DNA of 64,000 bases from Balanoglossus misakiensis (taxonomy: Eukaryota > Animalia > Hemichordata): NCBI GenBank assembly GCA_040954595.2, contig CM082581.2, positions 7,462,059 through 7,526,058 of the forward strand. Direction: 5' to 3'. Below are positions 15,101 to 29,100 of the stretch, one piece after another. Position 1 is the first letter of the stretch. Each line of letters begins with the position of its first letter. Below the pieces are notes generated by a model. The model was not told where the DNA came from. It made no database searches and saw only the letters and a list, made by a program, of their open reading frames with translations. A program made the position numbers and the translations under genes.

Positions 15101-18100
15101 ATGTAAATAAGCATCAACTTGCTGTATATTTGCAACATATATATATAAGTCACCTGACTCTACTGTACTGTGAGACATTTCATCATTGCCAGCGAATTTG
15201 CATATTTAACGAATTTTTGTAAATACACAGTTACTGCACTGGGTTCTACGAAACTTGCTAAAAACCGATTTCATGCATATAAAACTGTACTATAGAGACA
15301 TTGGTAACTTCGAGTTACATTTATGGCAAATTAACGCATAAACTGAGCTTTTGTATTTGCTACGTAAAGTTATGACTTTACGGGAAGATATGTATAGACA
15401 CTGTGCTGCTCCATATCAACAACGTATATATGCACACATAACATTCCAGTCACTGGGTATATTCGGGCTTGTGCTCGAAACGATAAGATCCCCTCTCTAT
15501 CAGAGCGCCACCACTGTTTACTGTTATCACACTGGATCGTATCTCAAGTGACACAAAAAAAGACCAAAAAATGGCACGTCAAATGACGACACCTCTGTCC
15601 TTTGGGATAAAAGATAACGATCAAAACGTAGACGGCAGTGTTCTATGTCACTCTCATTGATAAATCGATCGCGGTGTTGATGCTATGCCATATGACGCGC
15701 TCAGAAATGTATCGATGTAGGTTACACTCCCCGCCGAACGATGACAAGTGTCGATACTGAATCGAAGGTAGAGGGGGGAAATGGACGAAGATAAAGTGCA
15801 CCAGTTTCGATTGGGAACATTTCTCCAGGTGGAACCGCAAAGATTGAGACACATGTCGACAGGAATGGTGTACCATCTTGGACAGATGCATGTCAAAATT
15901 GTTGGCGGCCCTAAGCCTTTTGATTTCTCAGCATCATAGCCACTCAGGTAGTACGCACTGAGTCATATTCAAAAGTTTTCTCACATTTTGCTGAAGACTT
16001 TTTCTTGTCCTACTCGTCTGAAATATTCAAATCCGGGATCCAACTCGGACACAAATCCACTGACGTTGATCAAAATAGCTTCAAATTTCAACAAGGATTC
16101 AACACGATCACGGTCTCAGGTGATCTGTAATCTTTGGATTACCTAAAAGATTATTGAATTCGTTACGCGTAACTGTAGACCTAACAACTTGGATGAGTAA
16201 CTCCCCCTCTAGGAATTACATCGCCCCTATTACTTTTCTTTTACATACCATATTTAATTCCGTCTTATCCTGGAAAAAGAGTCTAACTGTGTCTGCATAA
16301 AACATGGAAAGTTTGAGAAGTCTGGGAAAGCATTTCTAAGTTGGACGACCATTTCTGACGAAACACTGGGTGTGCGTACACGCATGCGTCGGATGCACCC
16401 CAACGTGTTACTATTTGCATAATTAAAGCACAATTATCACCAGGTGTCGTGCCAGTCGCACGCGACAGAAAATCGATGCAAAGTACGGGCAGTGTTACTA
16501 ATTTTATCGATTTTACATGCAAAAAAGTGTCGGAACGACATCAGTCACCGGTGGTGTAAATGTACGTTTCATTGACAAGTTTCAACAGATGACGCCGACG
16601 TCTGTTCCATATGAGAACAACTTCGATCCGCAACGAAATCGACCACAGTGTGCTTTTTCCTTCAAGAACGTCCCAGCCGACCCTCGGGCTTTGTGGCCTT
16701 TCGGGACGCTGCTTTGAAAAGTCCTTTCGCGGTTACTTTGTTAAAAGTATTTCCCCAATGCTCTTGTGGAAAACAGACTAGATCAATAGCACACTCGTAA
16801 ATTAAAGACGTGAAATGAAAATACTTCGTGGAAGCAGAAGTGATATGCGTCATGTGTACAACATCATACTATCCAAGTAACGACTGTGTTAATCTACAAG
16901 CTGAGTGAGATCGCCCATTAAACAGCAAAACATCACGCAATGGCTTTTCATTCGGCAAATATTACTTGGTCCCTTTGAAGAAAGTATTGACTGACGCAGT
17001 TTCAGCATCTTTGAAAGTAAAGCCACTGGCTTCCTTGCAACTTGCGGCGGCCACGGCTCGGTGTAACAGCTACACACGATGTTCCAATAACAACACCAAT
17101 ATTATTTCTGCCCGTGGGTATAGAAAATGCGCACTGCGCCGAGTGCGTTCTCCGACCCACTTTCTCCGACAGCCGGCAGCCAAAACGCACGAGTGTTTCC
17201 CTGCAGTTAGATAAAATGCCCAGAATTTACACAAGACTCCGTGCTTCAAATAAAACTGTCAGCCGTCCCCTCCATTTCGTGTCAAATCGGTCTAACTGTC
17301 TCTTGATTAATTTGCTGGGGTGAGTGGAGGTCGGGCGGAGGGTATTTGGAGGGGAAAGCACGATATAGATAATTGGCTTATTTGTAGAAAATACCATCGT
17401 AGTGATCTTAAAACTCGTAAATTATTTGCTAAGTGATGACAAGGTCGGTGTGGAATATGGCCTTACGTATACACAACATCTAGAACGGACAATAAATTGC
17501 TGTCTGCAATTTTATTTCCAATTTTTTACGATCGCAGGCATTGAAAGATTTGCAAGCAGGAGCCATCCACGCAATACGAAAACAAGCGGAGCTTGTTTTG
17601 CATTTCGAGGCGTTATCGCATTGCGAAGTGTCGCATACTGTAAGTTGACAAAGGTCTTCGATTTAATCCGTTATCACTGCACTGCTGCCGAGTCGGTTCA
17701 TGGCAAATAAAACCGGGTTAATAGCGATGATAAATTACCCGTCAGTCTGGTCACTTTCGGGACACTTATACGATTAAATGACGCACACGTCTGGACCAAA
17801 ATAGACTCCTACATAAACTAACATTAACGAACAGCCACCCTATGTCACATAAATTTGTATTTCTCGTCGTTAGTTCCCAAAATACAGTGAATATTTAGTT
17901 CCGAGTCTCTCTGACTTATATGTACTTCAGGACTGATACAACTGTATTAGGTCTACATGATAAAGGGAATTGATCCCCCCCCCCGCATACATACGCAGTC
18001 AAACATATACGTACTGTATTTAAAGCCTTTGATCAGAACAGCAGCGGTATGGTACATGTCAGGGTGAGTTTCATCGGTTATTCCCGACTACCTCAACATT

Positions 18101-20399
18101 AAGACTGAAGTGTGCCCCGGCCCACAGTATCAGGGGGTGCTATCCCTTGGACATATAACTATATCAGAACAGGGCTATTAAAGTAATAGTCTATGTCACA
18201 CCGATATTAAGAAAGACAGATGTACAACTAAATGGAACACGACATATGATCGTAGAAACGAACAGAAAAGCCAGACTAACCTCAAGTTTCATATGCACAA
18301 TGTACTATATTCAAATGTGCGAGAACAACCTGGTAACATCAGTAGAAAACGGAACATACGTATCATATTTTCATTTGAATCAACTGCTTACCAAATTCCG
18401 TCAGTTGTTTCGGGGTGTGTGCTTTTTCCCACGACACTCCCGAAAAAGATTCCGAGGTGCACTTCGAAGTAAAATTTTCAGACCAAACACTAGATTTTTG
18501 CAAGAGAGGCTATTCCTTTAACGGTACTTTAATATGGATAGTCGTGATCATATGTAACCGAGACATTTCTCAAATTTAACTCGAATGTTTCACCGACAAA
18601 TGGAATTGAACAGACACTTAAAGATAATGCTGTCGAGTGATCTTATGGATTTCAGTCGCATAAATCATTCCACGTGAAGTGCGTTCTTGTTAAGCTACAG
18701 GTGTATGCCTATTTAGTATACTTTTACACGATCTAAAAACGGTGCCAATGTCTCATAAAGTATTGAAAGTACTTCAGTCATATTCATAGAATATTTCACA
18801 TCGACTGCATTAAGGTACCACTGCAACTCCTGCACGTAAGGGTAACTAGCTATAAAGACTCGTTACTTGGTGGCGCTATTTCTATAGCCGAGTCCGTCAC
18901 CGACAAACAACAGAGACCACAGGCTATACTTATGGTATATATTGATATTTTGAGTGCCTGACAAGTAATATTTCCCCAAATCCCTAAAATACTGCTCTCT
19001 TGTTCAAATTTGTAATTCTGATTCAGAACAAAAATATGAAATTATATGACAATAACTAGGGCGTACTTCGAACTTCGGAGAGGCGAATTCTCCATTTACG
19101 AGCTCTAACAGTGATGTCTAAGTCGTACCAGTGGCTATCCCTTGGTTCACAATCTGGGACAGGAACACTGAGTTTATTAGGATCGTGACCTGTGACGAAG
19201 AATGTCGACCGGAAATGTGAAATATCCATAAAATATTAGAACTGTTAATTATGTAGTTACCAACTGCTAACGTTAAATTTCTCTCGTTTTTCTTTTTATC
19301 CAGCAATACGTATGGGGGCGCCGTACACACACGATCACTCTGGGAGTGACTGGTAAACCAATCTTCGGACACTGTCGAAAGGAACTAAGGTGGATTCAAT
19401 AGTAATACTCTAGCATACAATCTTGTTCAGACAGAAACAGATCTATCATGATCGGATGGATAGCCTATAACATTTTGGTGACAACGTACAATACCATGGA
19501 AACATGCGTTTCAAAATCACAAACAGATCAGCCACCAGGTAAAATCTCCAATCATCCCCGCTGCAGAAACCCAAAACTCTACCGGGGATTTCATAAAAAA
19601 AATGCCTCCATATGGTTGAGTTTTTACAAGCAATTGATTGACAGGAATACGGAAATCAACAGCAGTCTAATGTATCTGACGGACGGTCACGCACAATTAG
19701 TCATAAAAACTACCTGACCTCACCAGTTTTGAAATTGAGACTTTCTATAGCTGAATAACGTACTAATATTCAAGCTGTTGCAGATATTTAAATTTGATCA
19801 TGTTTTTGTGATTTTTGAAACCACCATCGGCTGTTTTCAAGACCTTCTCTTCGCGATACTGATTTGCATAATGAGTGTGGTTTTCTAGTTAATATCCAGT
19901 TTCATTACCCAATGGGCCTTTGAACCAGAGTATCACTAATTGGACTACATTCTACATGCAAACCTTTCCTCTCTAAGGTCTATGACCTCATCAAAACAAG
20001 TTTTTTATGCCGTACTGTTTACATTAGAGGGACATATGTTTTGCATAACTGAACCTTTGTTTCTCAATAAAACAGTTCCGTGCACAGACAAAAGGACATA
20101 TTGTTTACCATTACAGAAATGCCCATGTCAACAAATATGGGACTTTAAAAACGAAATACGAACAATTACTGTCTACACACACACTGCTGGCTGATATTAG
20201 TAACACTAGCTTAGGGTTTACAACATGAAAAGTTTTTTTTTATTAAAACGAACGGAAATAAAGAGGACGTCACCCCTCACAAAAAGCGTGAAATGCGTAA
20301 AATTAACAAACCTTCGCTCGCACAACTAATTTTTTTTAAATCAGAAAAACCCTAAGTGACTTTAAACGTGACAGTTTCAACGCGCAAAAGCAGTCGGTG

Positions 20400-21250
20400 T
20401 CTTACAACCACCAAAACAGTGGAGACGACAGACGCAGCATTATAAAGGCCTAAGTTTTTCACGCATCAAATTTAGCCGCTCGCGCTCGCGTGCAAGGGTT
20501 AACACCCAAACGATTCCGCTAAATTTCGCTTGGGTCGCAAGCGCCGATAAAGTGACTCGCCGAGTCAAACCATCTGACCTTGTTTTCCTATGCTTGAACG
20601 TACATCTGCTGAAAACCATCCATTGTTGTCGACCTCCAAGGAACACGCCCGTCCACAGTCCTGCTATCACACACACACACACACTGTCGTTTCCGCTTAA
20701 TTCCACTTGACAAGTACTTTTTCCAAGTAATCCACAATCCCGGTTGGCACAAAAACGGCTAATTCCCTTGTTTTCCTTCAGCTTGAACGAATATCGCCGT
20801 AAACTCATCCAAACCGTTAATCCGCAACTTGTCCAGGAGGCACGCCCTTCCTTCGTCCGACTCGCACTGGGACCGTTCTATTTTCAACCCGGGGTGGCGG
20901 GGTTGTTCAGGTGATTTTTCGTGGGTGAATCTTCACATACCAACTTCGTGACTTTTTTTCATGGAGGGGTATTTTCATAAAAATTATACGACCAAAATAG
21001 ATGTGAAGAAAAACACAACGAAGACTCAATAAACTTTTCAGTGGCACAGAATTCAAAATCTTTCAAGTTTAGGGCAAGCGAAAGTTTGGATTACGTGGAT
21101 AATCCGCCGGGGACGGCCGCCTGCTATGTTACGTGACGCGCAGTGTTCAGCGAATGAAAAGAATAGGCCATTCTTCTATCACAGGTGCACGGAACAAATT
21201 GTTCTCACCCTCCATCTCGAAACCTGAATGCCGTGCAAGCAGCAAAGGGC
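20400..21250. promoter_or_regulatory. CpG/GC-rich promoter-like island, possibly firing leftwards
   Basis: Dense CpG, GC-box-like GGGGTGGCGGGG (20891-20902), TTACGTGG and TTACGTGACGCG motifs (about 21091-21140), and a minus-strand GTAAGA donor-like site at 20405. No downstream coding exon was found in the window. Confidence 0.4.
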
Positions 21251-21439
21251 GCCTGTACACCAGTGTCGCTGAACTGGCAGATAAATAAAACTCGAATCAC
21301 GAAGTACTGAAAAGATGGCATGTGATGTTCCAGGCTTCTCAGCAAATGATGCATATGATGAAATTCCAAGAGCAAAAGAAAGACCCATGCACGCACACGC
21401 ACACACACACACATAATAACTGCACATTCACAAGTATTT

Positions 21440-24400
21440 GTTGGTTTTCTAAAATGATTTATTTGTTCCCTTTCCGCACTGACTCTCAAATACAGATACT
21501 CTGCAACTTGGTACAGTGGATACAATAATTTATCTCGGACTACCGTCATTAAAGACAAAAAAATAAAGAATACATTACTATACAAAACCTGTACACTACA
21601 GTCTCTACCGATAACAGTATGTACATGACACCGAATTACAAAATATCACTTTATATTTACATAGCCAGTATATGGAACGTACTCCTTAAAATACTTTTGG
21701 AGATTCATTTCTTTTCAGAACCAAGAACATAATTTTGGTAAGTAGTTTTGAAAAAATATATTTACAGATCCATCAGGGTTGCTATGTTAATTAAATAATT
21801 ATCATTGTCGGAAAACAAAATTTGACTTCGCAAATGCAAGATTGGCCTTGGGGTTCGGTCTGTTTCAAAGTGCTTTTAAAAGACAGATTCTGATGAAAAT
21901 TACGATGGGAGACATAGTATGATACACATGCCATGATTTCAACGTGCAACCTTCTGTTCGGACTACAGGAAGCCAACCGCACCCTCTCCAGCCCACGCAA
22001 TGGAATAGCCTTCAGTGAATGGCACTGGTTGGATCATTCCATAATGATATAAAGGGTAGCGAAAGTACATTGGACGGACGACAGCTTGTAACAAAACTAC
22101 AATCACAAAGTGATGACAACTTGATACACCAAACATATTACCAGTAACATCGTTGCATGAGTGACAGTAACTGTGCCTGTAAAATTAAAGCTATGAAATT
22201 AATGAAACACATTTTTTATACAAAAATCTGACTTCGTACGTACAAGAAACATTGACAATTTTAGGTTCACAGGGACAGAAGATTGAGTGACCATTGTAAT
22301 ATTGATATGACTTCAGCACAAGTGATCTTTGAAGTATCACTGAAGTAACAATTTGAACATCTTTGCCTCATGAAAAATCAGAACGACACTGACCGATCAA
22401 TGATGCGATATAAATGCCACTGACCAATGTCAGTTTTCTGTCTATTATACACACTAAACTATAATTTGTCATGGGAAAACCCTTTCTAAGTGAAAATTTC
22501 ATGATTCATTACATATTAGTAATTAAAGCATTCTTTGATCCAATGAGATGCAGGCTAAATGATGGTCAAAATGTAGTTGACATATTTTTAAGTGACAATG
22601 CTGTGGTTATTTTTCGTATTATTCTGCTTTGCTGAATACTGTCCACATATGGTAAGTGTGTTTGGTAAGTAGGTATGGTAAATCTGGAATGGCGAGGAAC
22701 CGGCAATTACATCAAACAAGGCAACAGACAATTTTTCTCCACTGAAACAAACTTCAACAAAGAAATAACAAATCAAATATTTACAAAAGTTCTTCTGATA
22801 TCAATTAATATAATAAACATGACTTTTTAGCTCTCTAAATTTAAATTAAATGAACTCTCTGCCTCTAGGCTTAGTACACTCCAGATCAGTCGAAATTCCG
22901 GGATTTTCAAGGGCTATCCAGGCGTGTATGAACCTTCTATTATGAATTTAAGTGACCCTGTTGATTGTAATTGAAAATCCAACTTTGGTATTGAAGCTTG
23001 CAGCTTACTTGTATTCGAAGTGTCATGTCATATAAAAGAGCGCCCTCAATGGTTAAAACGAAATATTTGTATTAAATTACCTTTGTACATAACAGAAACA
23101 GTGCCAATGATTTGTAATGTATAGAGAGCAACTGGACAAAACAAAAAACAATTCTTTAGTTTAAGGGGTATCTTTTACAAATAAGTATGTCTTTTTCCAA
23201 ATATACATACAATAACATAAATAAACATCAAGGTGTAAAATAGCATCTTTGTGATTTAAAAAAGTTATTCCACATACAACGAAGTTTTGATGCTTGAAAG
23301 GATAAGGACTATGTACAAATAAAATATGATGATCTTTAAATGTATCTAGTCACACTTGACATCGTTCTTTTAAATATCTACCCTTCCCATAAAACTTATC
23401 GATATAAACTCCTTTTCAAACATTCAAATGACCCTCGTCGAAACAAACAAACAAACAACCTTAAAAGAACCGTATTTCACAATATCCTCTTGTCATCTGT
23501 AATGTTCATGTACAAACTGTCTTTTTTTCAGTCACAATGACGTAAATTCACTGAGAAAAAAATCTCGAGTTCACATATTTTAAACGAAGGCTTTAATACA
23601 CTGAAAAGTTCACATAAAAAATAATAATATTAGTGTTTCGGTCTTTCTGTTTCGTAACAAAATGACAATTTTAAAGCAAATGCCGCAGCAGTCCACAAAA
23701 TAAAAAGTATGTAAATACCTGGATTCATATAAATCCAGTGTGGGTTAAAATTGAATAACTTTGGACTTTTTTCATCAACTTGTACAGCTGCTACTCTTAT
23801 TAACTGGACTAGTTAAACATATATTCAAAATAAATAAAAAATATTCGGTTGTGAAGCTGTGAGTCACTGACGGAGTGTACGGTAATGTCAGTTTTGGACT
23901 TAAAGATCTGTTTATGTGACGAGACATTCATGGAATGCTGTGGAACCGATCTCAATGGAGGAATTCCACCACCTGGCACTTGAATCCGACTTCTCTGTTG
24001 AAATCGTCCCACAACTTAATCCAGCACTACCAGTTCGCCATTTCCCCTCATCATAATCCTTATGGGTCATAGGCCATTCATCTGAATATCACTACTTTCA
24101 ACGAAGCACATACATTCCATCTCCAATCCTTTGCAAAAAGAATTATTTCTTCCTGTGAGTTGTGTCAATACATTGCACTGGAGTTTCCATCCATTTCCCT
24201 AAGTTACTATTGTTGGAAAGCTAAAAATCTCTTACTAAAACAAAATTCCTTTCCTTGCACAATACATCCCTTCATACCATTAAAGACCTCATTATCTAAT
24301 ATATGAAGCCACCAATATGACATGTAAAAAATAAATTTTATGACACAGAAAAATTCTTCCTGTTAAGTAAAGGTACATGTATATGGATAATGCAAGGAAA

Positions 24401-26105
24401 TTTCTCCAAATGAACACAAATATGCTTGCGCTAATTGACAGATAATGTCATCATTGAATGTTTTCTTCCAAACAATCTTCATAAGTAGTGGCACCCTTTC
24501 TAATTTTATTTTAATATGGGGCCTGAGAAAATATACAATTGGTGGAGGAAATATTCACGTTTTGATCTAATACTGAATACAGTGTGAAGAATACTGGTGT
24601 TTGTTCTTCTGTGCCTTGTATCTATACAAGTATCAATAGTGTACTCTCAGAAAATTGGAATATCATTCTATTCCATACAACAGTGCACTGATGATGACTT
24701 TAAAGGCATTGTACCTCATCATCACTGTGTTTGAGCATATAATATCTTGTGGGGTGACGGAGTTGCTTTTAAGTAACACCATTACTCTAGGAGTCAAGTG
24801 ATGCCCTACTATTTCAGTTTTGGTAGTCTCGGTGCGAAAGTTTTGTCTTATTTCAGTGATGATGATAAAAATCTAAGTACGAAATTCAGTCAAGATCTAA
24901 TTGAAACTTATGGCACTAATTTGAGATTAATGTGCTCAGCTCAGCCGACCGATTTCTGTCATTTTACTTGTCAAAGACGAAATGAAACAATTCAAATGAT
25001 ATTGATAACGTTGTGATGGGTTTCTGCAAGCAATGCTCTGAAAACAATTCTGAAATCTCCTTCTAAAAATTCCTCATTGTGTCCATGTTATGGTGGGATA
25101 GACTTTTCAAGGCAGACACTGAAACTTGGCCATAACGTGTGCCACAGAATCCTGTACATATGTCAGAAGGTGACATGGTCTATTACATGTAATACCCACA
25201 TGGATTTCAGTTCACAACTGGATATGACTTGACACCAGTTCACACAAAAAAAAACAGAACTTGGTATTACAATTCGACAGCATCGTTGTCTCTCAGTTTA
25301 AAAATCATGCCTGCCTCATACGTACATCAGAAAATATTCAGCCACTTTTGGATAAAACATGTACTTTCAGTTTAAAACTTCATCCTCACCCATACAAAAA
25401 CCACCCTACCCCCTCAGATATCCATTTGCACAACAGAACAACTAAAACTTCTGACACGAACATCACGAGTAGAACATCTTCTGTAACATATCCATGACAG
25501 AACATCAATGAAAATGGTGGGAGCCATCTTAGTACTTAACATTTCATTTGTAATATCTAAAAATATATGAATCAATACTTTTATGTTTGGTCCATACAAA
25601 TACTTATATCTTTAAATAGAAATTTGAGTTGTTATTTACATATTATTTATTGAAAGTTGCTCTGGACAAGGCAGCTAGTAGACTGTGACAATGGGAACCA
25701 TAACACCCGGATTTCTTTGAAAGTGGTGTGCACTTGATAAAGCAGTCTCAAAATTTCCCTTTCTTTCTTGCTGATCAGTCACACATACACTACTGTGCAG
25801 TCAACTCCAACTCAGAATATTTATGTACAAAAGATCAACAAGAAACCTCTCTGAGCTATTTATTTGTCTGCCACAAGCACATGCCAAACCGTGCCTTGTA
25901 GTGACCTATGACAGGCATGCCGAAACAAAAGTACAAAAAGTCTCACACAAAATATCAATCTACACAGGTTTTGTGCACCGTCTACTAGCCTTGTCATCAA
26001 CTCAAGCTTTCACCCCTTTGTCCCTGTACAGTGGGTCAGCCCTAGTGTTTTCACACGGGAAAGGGCTGGACTCAAGCAACGAGGGAACGGGGAGGTAAAA
26101 AGGGA
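21440..26105 (-). other. Probable long (about 4.6 kb) 3' UTR of CCDC142
   Basis: AT-rich, no credible ORF. AATAAA on the minus strand at 21463-21458 is followed by a GT-rich tract (21413-21390); a more proximal AATAAA lies near 25650. Extent is inferred, not observed. Confidence 0.45.
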
Positions 26106-29100
26106 TTAAATCTCATGAGGCTGAGGATTCAGACACCCCAAGGGTAATTTCCACCTATTACCAGCATGCACCCTCAGTGCCAACCACTCGTCGCGCCTCG
26201 GGACGTGGTAGGCCTCCTCGTCCAGGTTGCCCTCCATGATGTCGCTGCCGCTGGCCTCGCTGCTGCTGGCCGCCCCATCGGCCGTCGGGAACAGCGTGTT
26301 GCCAAGGAGACTGTTCCGGCGGGATTCGGTGCCGGCGTTGGTCGATGTGCTGTACTCTGAGCCTGTGCAAAAAATCCAAGAAAGTGAGAAGTCGCTAGTT
26401 TGCGATACACAATTAAAACAAGAAGGGGCAAATATTATGGTATACAGATTCTTGAAGATTTGTGTTTCTAAACTGCAGTGGTACCAGCCCTTATGTTAAA
26501 CTATTTCAGCTGCCCTTTATTGGAAAATCTTTGCAGAAGCGATATTCTGTGCAAACCCTCAACATACATGTATGTGTAAACAATGACAACAAGCAATAAC
26601 AAGCCACATAGTTATTGCACAGTGAATATGCAAGTACATGTATATTAAACAAGCCATAGTTCACATGCTTTAGCATCTCTCAGAAATTCCAAAGTTTCCA
26701 GGTTTGCAGAAAATTTGGCAAAACTGCATAAACAGCACACACAAAGCTATACATTGCTCAGAAACAGACAATACATGTATCTGCCCACATGATTGTGACA
26801 AAACATACACATAGTGTAGAAAACATGCTTCTTACTTACAATTTCTCTGTGTCAGTGACAACCCTCCACCCCTATGCCACTGTAGTGTAGGTCTAGTCTA
26901 CCCATTGAAACAATGGGGTCAGACCACCACACAGTGATGGAAGGGGTGCTCAGGTGTCTAATAACAGCAGATCAAAGTGCCATATCCCATCACCACTGCC
27001 AGGGGTGTAGAAACATTAGTTCAACCAGCAGCGAGAAATGTAACAGAATTCTTGCAAAATTTTCATCTTGAGGAAGGGGTATGGATAATCATCTCAGTGA
27101 CCAGTTTTTCCTCAAGATATTCATTTCAACATTTTCATAATGCAGTTTAAAAAGTAATGAGAATAACAGAGTTTCTGTTTAATTTTCTTTTTGGCACAAC
27201 TGACTGACATTTCTCGCTACTGATGATTTCCTCATCTCCGGATCCCCCCCCCCTTTTTTCTACACCCCCGGCCACCATCGTCACCACTTCTGACAACAAC
27301 CCTACATACCAGATAAAGGAGCGCTCTGACAAGAGAACCACAACTCACAGCAGTCGTCCTTGAAATCCCGCCGGGACTTGTTCTTTCTCTTGGGCTGCTG
27401 CTTGAGCAGCTGCACCGCGCCCTCCATGTGCTTGAAGACGTCCAGCGCCAGCACGCTCTGCTGGGTCTCCTGGCTCAGGCCGCTCATGTCCGACGAGATC
27501 CACTGCCGGATGTAGTTGAAGTCCAGGTGCAGCTGGTGGGCTCCGTACAAACTGAAAATGCGACGGGCAATTTTTAAGCGTGCAAAGTGAGTACTTCAAA
27601 GCATTGGATGCACGGACAAAATGCCAGGCAAAAGTTTAAATTGTGATAAACGTACATGCAAGTTCCTATGGTAAAACGATACAGTGGTATTAACTCGAGA
27701 AGACAATCACTGAGGTCGCACAATCTAAAAATAGACAGACGAGAAGATCTCATTTTTTCCAGAAAAGCCACTGGGGGTCACAGCGCTCTACTGGGAATGT
27801 CTGTACAAGGAAATGCAGTCGTGTAATTCCCTGGATAAACAGCTGCCGGGGCTGGGATTTGAGACGGCAGACACACATACACACACAGGAAGTGTGAATG
27901 AAATGGGATCCGGCAAGAAAAGAAGCACTGCAAAGATGTACAAGTGGGTATCTTTGACCGAACATGTCTGACTTTGACTGCTCCCGTTCACAGATGTATC
28001 ATCGCACAGCTTCCAGCTGTATTTTCTGTCGCGTTCAGTTTGCGATGTGAAATAAAATTCAACTCTCTCCACACGGGCACCTTTCTTTGCTCTGCACAGG
28101 TGGGTTCGTTAGCTCTGCAACCTTGACTGAAATCGATAATTTGAATTAGCATCTCGATTTTTTCTGCCAAGAGATACTGAAGCACAAACCATGGCACCCC
28201 TTCTCTCCTCCAACCAAGATACAACTCTCCGTGTTTACAAGAGATTAAATATTTACAAGAAAGTGGTGATGTTCTTGACAGAATAATGCTCATGCCCACT
28301 GGAAACTAAAAATACCAGTAAAATTACAGTTCCTATAAAAGTGACTTCCTGTGTTGATCAAGGACAGTGTAATTACCGCCAGGAAGAAAACCAACTTAAC
28401 ATTCATAATGACCGGTGATCTCAGCGACCCATTACAGAGACATGAGGAGGAAATTATCACTTTAAAAAAGAAAGAAAACCGTGCTGACTTGGCAACAGAG
28501 TACTTGACAGCTTATCATGTACTTTCACACCTTTTCATGACACCTTTTTGCATGGATGGAAAAAGATTTCTGTTTTTTTAGATACACTTCTTTCTATCAA
28601 TCTCCATCCACTATCCCCTATAAAATCCACTCATTCCTTTTGCAACATCCTCAAGCTAAAGCTCTGTCACAGAGAGGCACACAAAACAAATCTCCTTCAC
28701 TATTATTACTATTTCATTTTTTATAATTGCCCTAATCACCTGAACTTAATCTTCTCCTTCAGTATGATGTTCATCCACGCGTCGAGAACGGCCACCACCG
28801 TCACAGTAACAGCCGATATCTGAGCGGCCGTCTTCAATTTACTCACTCCATCGGTAACCGGCTCCAAGATGGTTTCCACAGCGGACTCGACGTACGCATT
28901 AGGTTCTGTCGGATAGTCTGCGGAGAGAAAAAGAAAAGAATGCAAAATGAGAAATCAACAGGTTGTTAAAGATGACACAGTACCTGCTAGTGAATGAAGG
29001 TGAACTGTTTTGAAGTCAAATTGTAAATTAAAGAAACTGTTTCAAAGATTTTCTCTGGACCTGAGCATCTGGCTACAGATACAGAGCCAGGCACACACCA

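Noticed and set aside
254-18680. Scattered CACGTG E-boxes, TTACGT(A/G) and AGGTCA motifs suggesting a circadian or hypoxia-regulated neighbour
   Set aside because: About seven E-boxes in 21 kb is only modestly above chance for CpG-retaining DNA and they are not clustered.
20440-20808. 122-aa minus-strand ORF in the CpG island
   Set aside because: No recognisable domain, it crosses a (TG)n repeat and has no coding-like codon pattern; at most a uORF.
24687-24727. TGATGATGA...TCATCATCA hairpin in the CCDC142 3' UTR resembling a snoRNA or SECIS
   Set aside because: Short low-complexity stem with no box D or GA quartet in the required positions.
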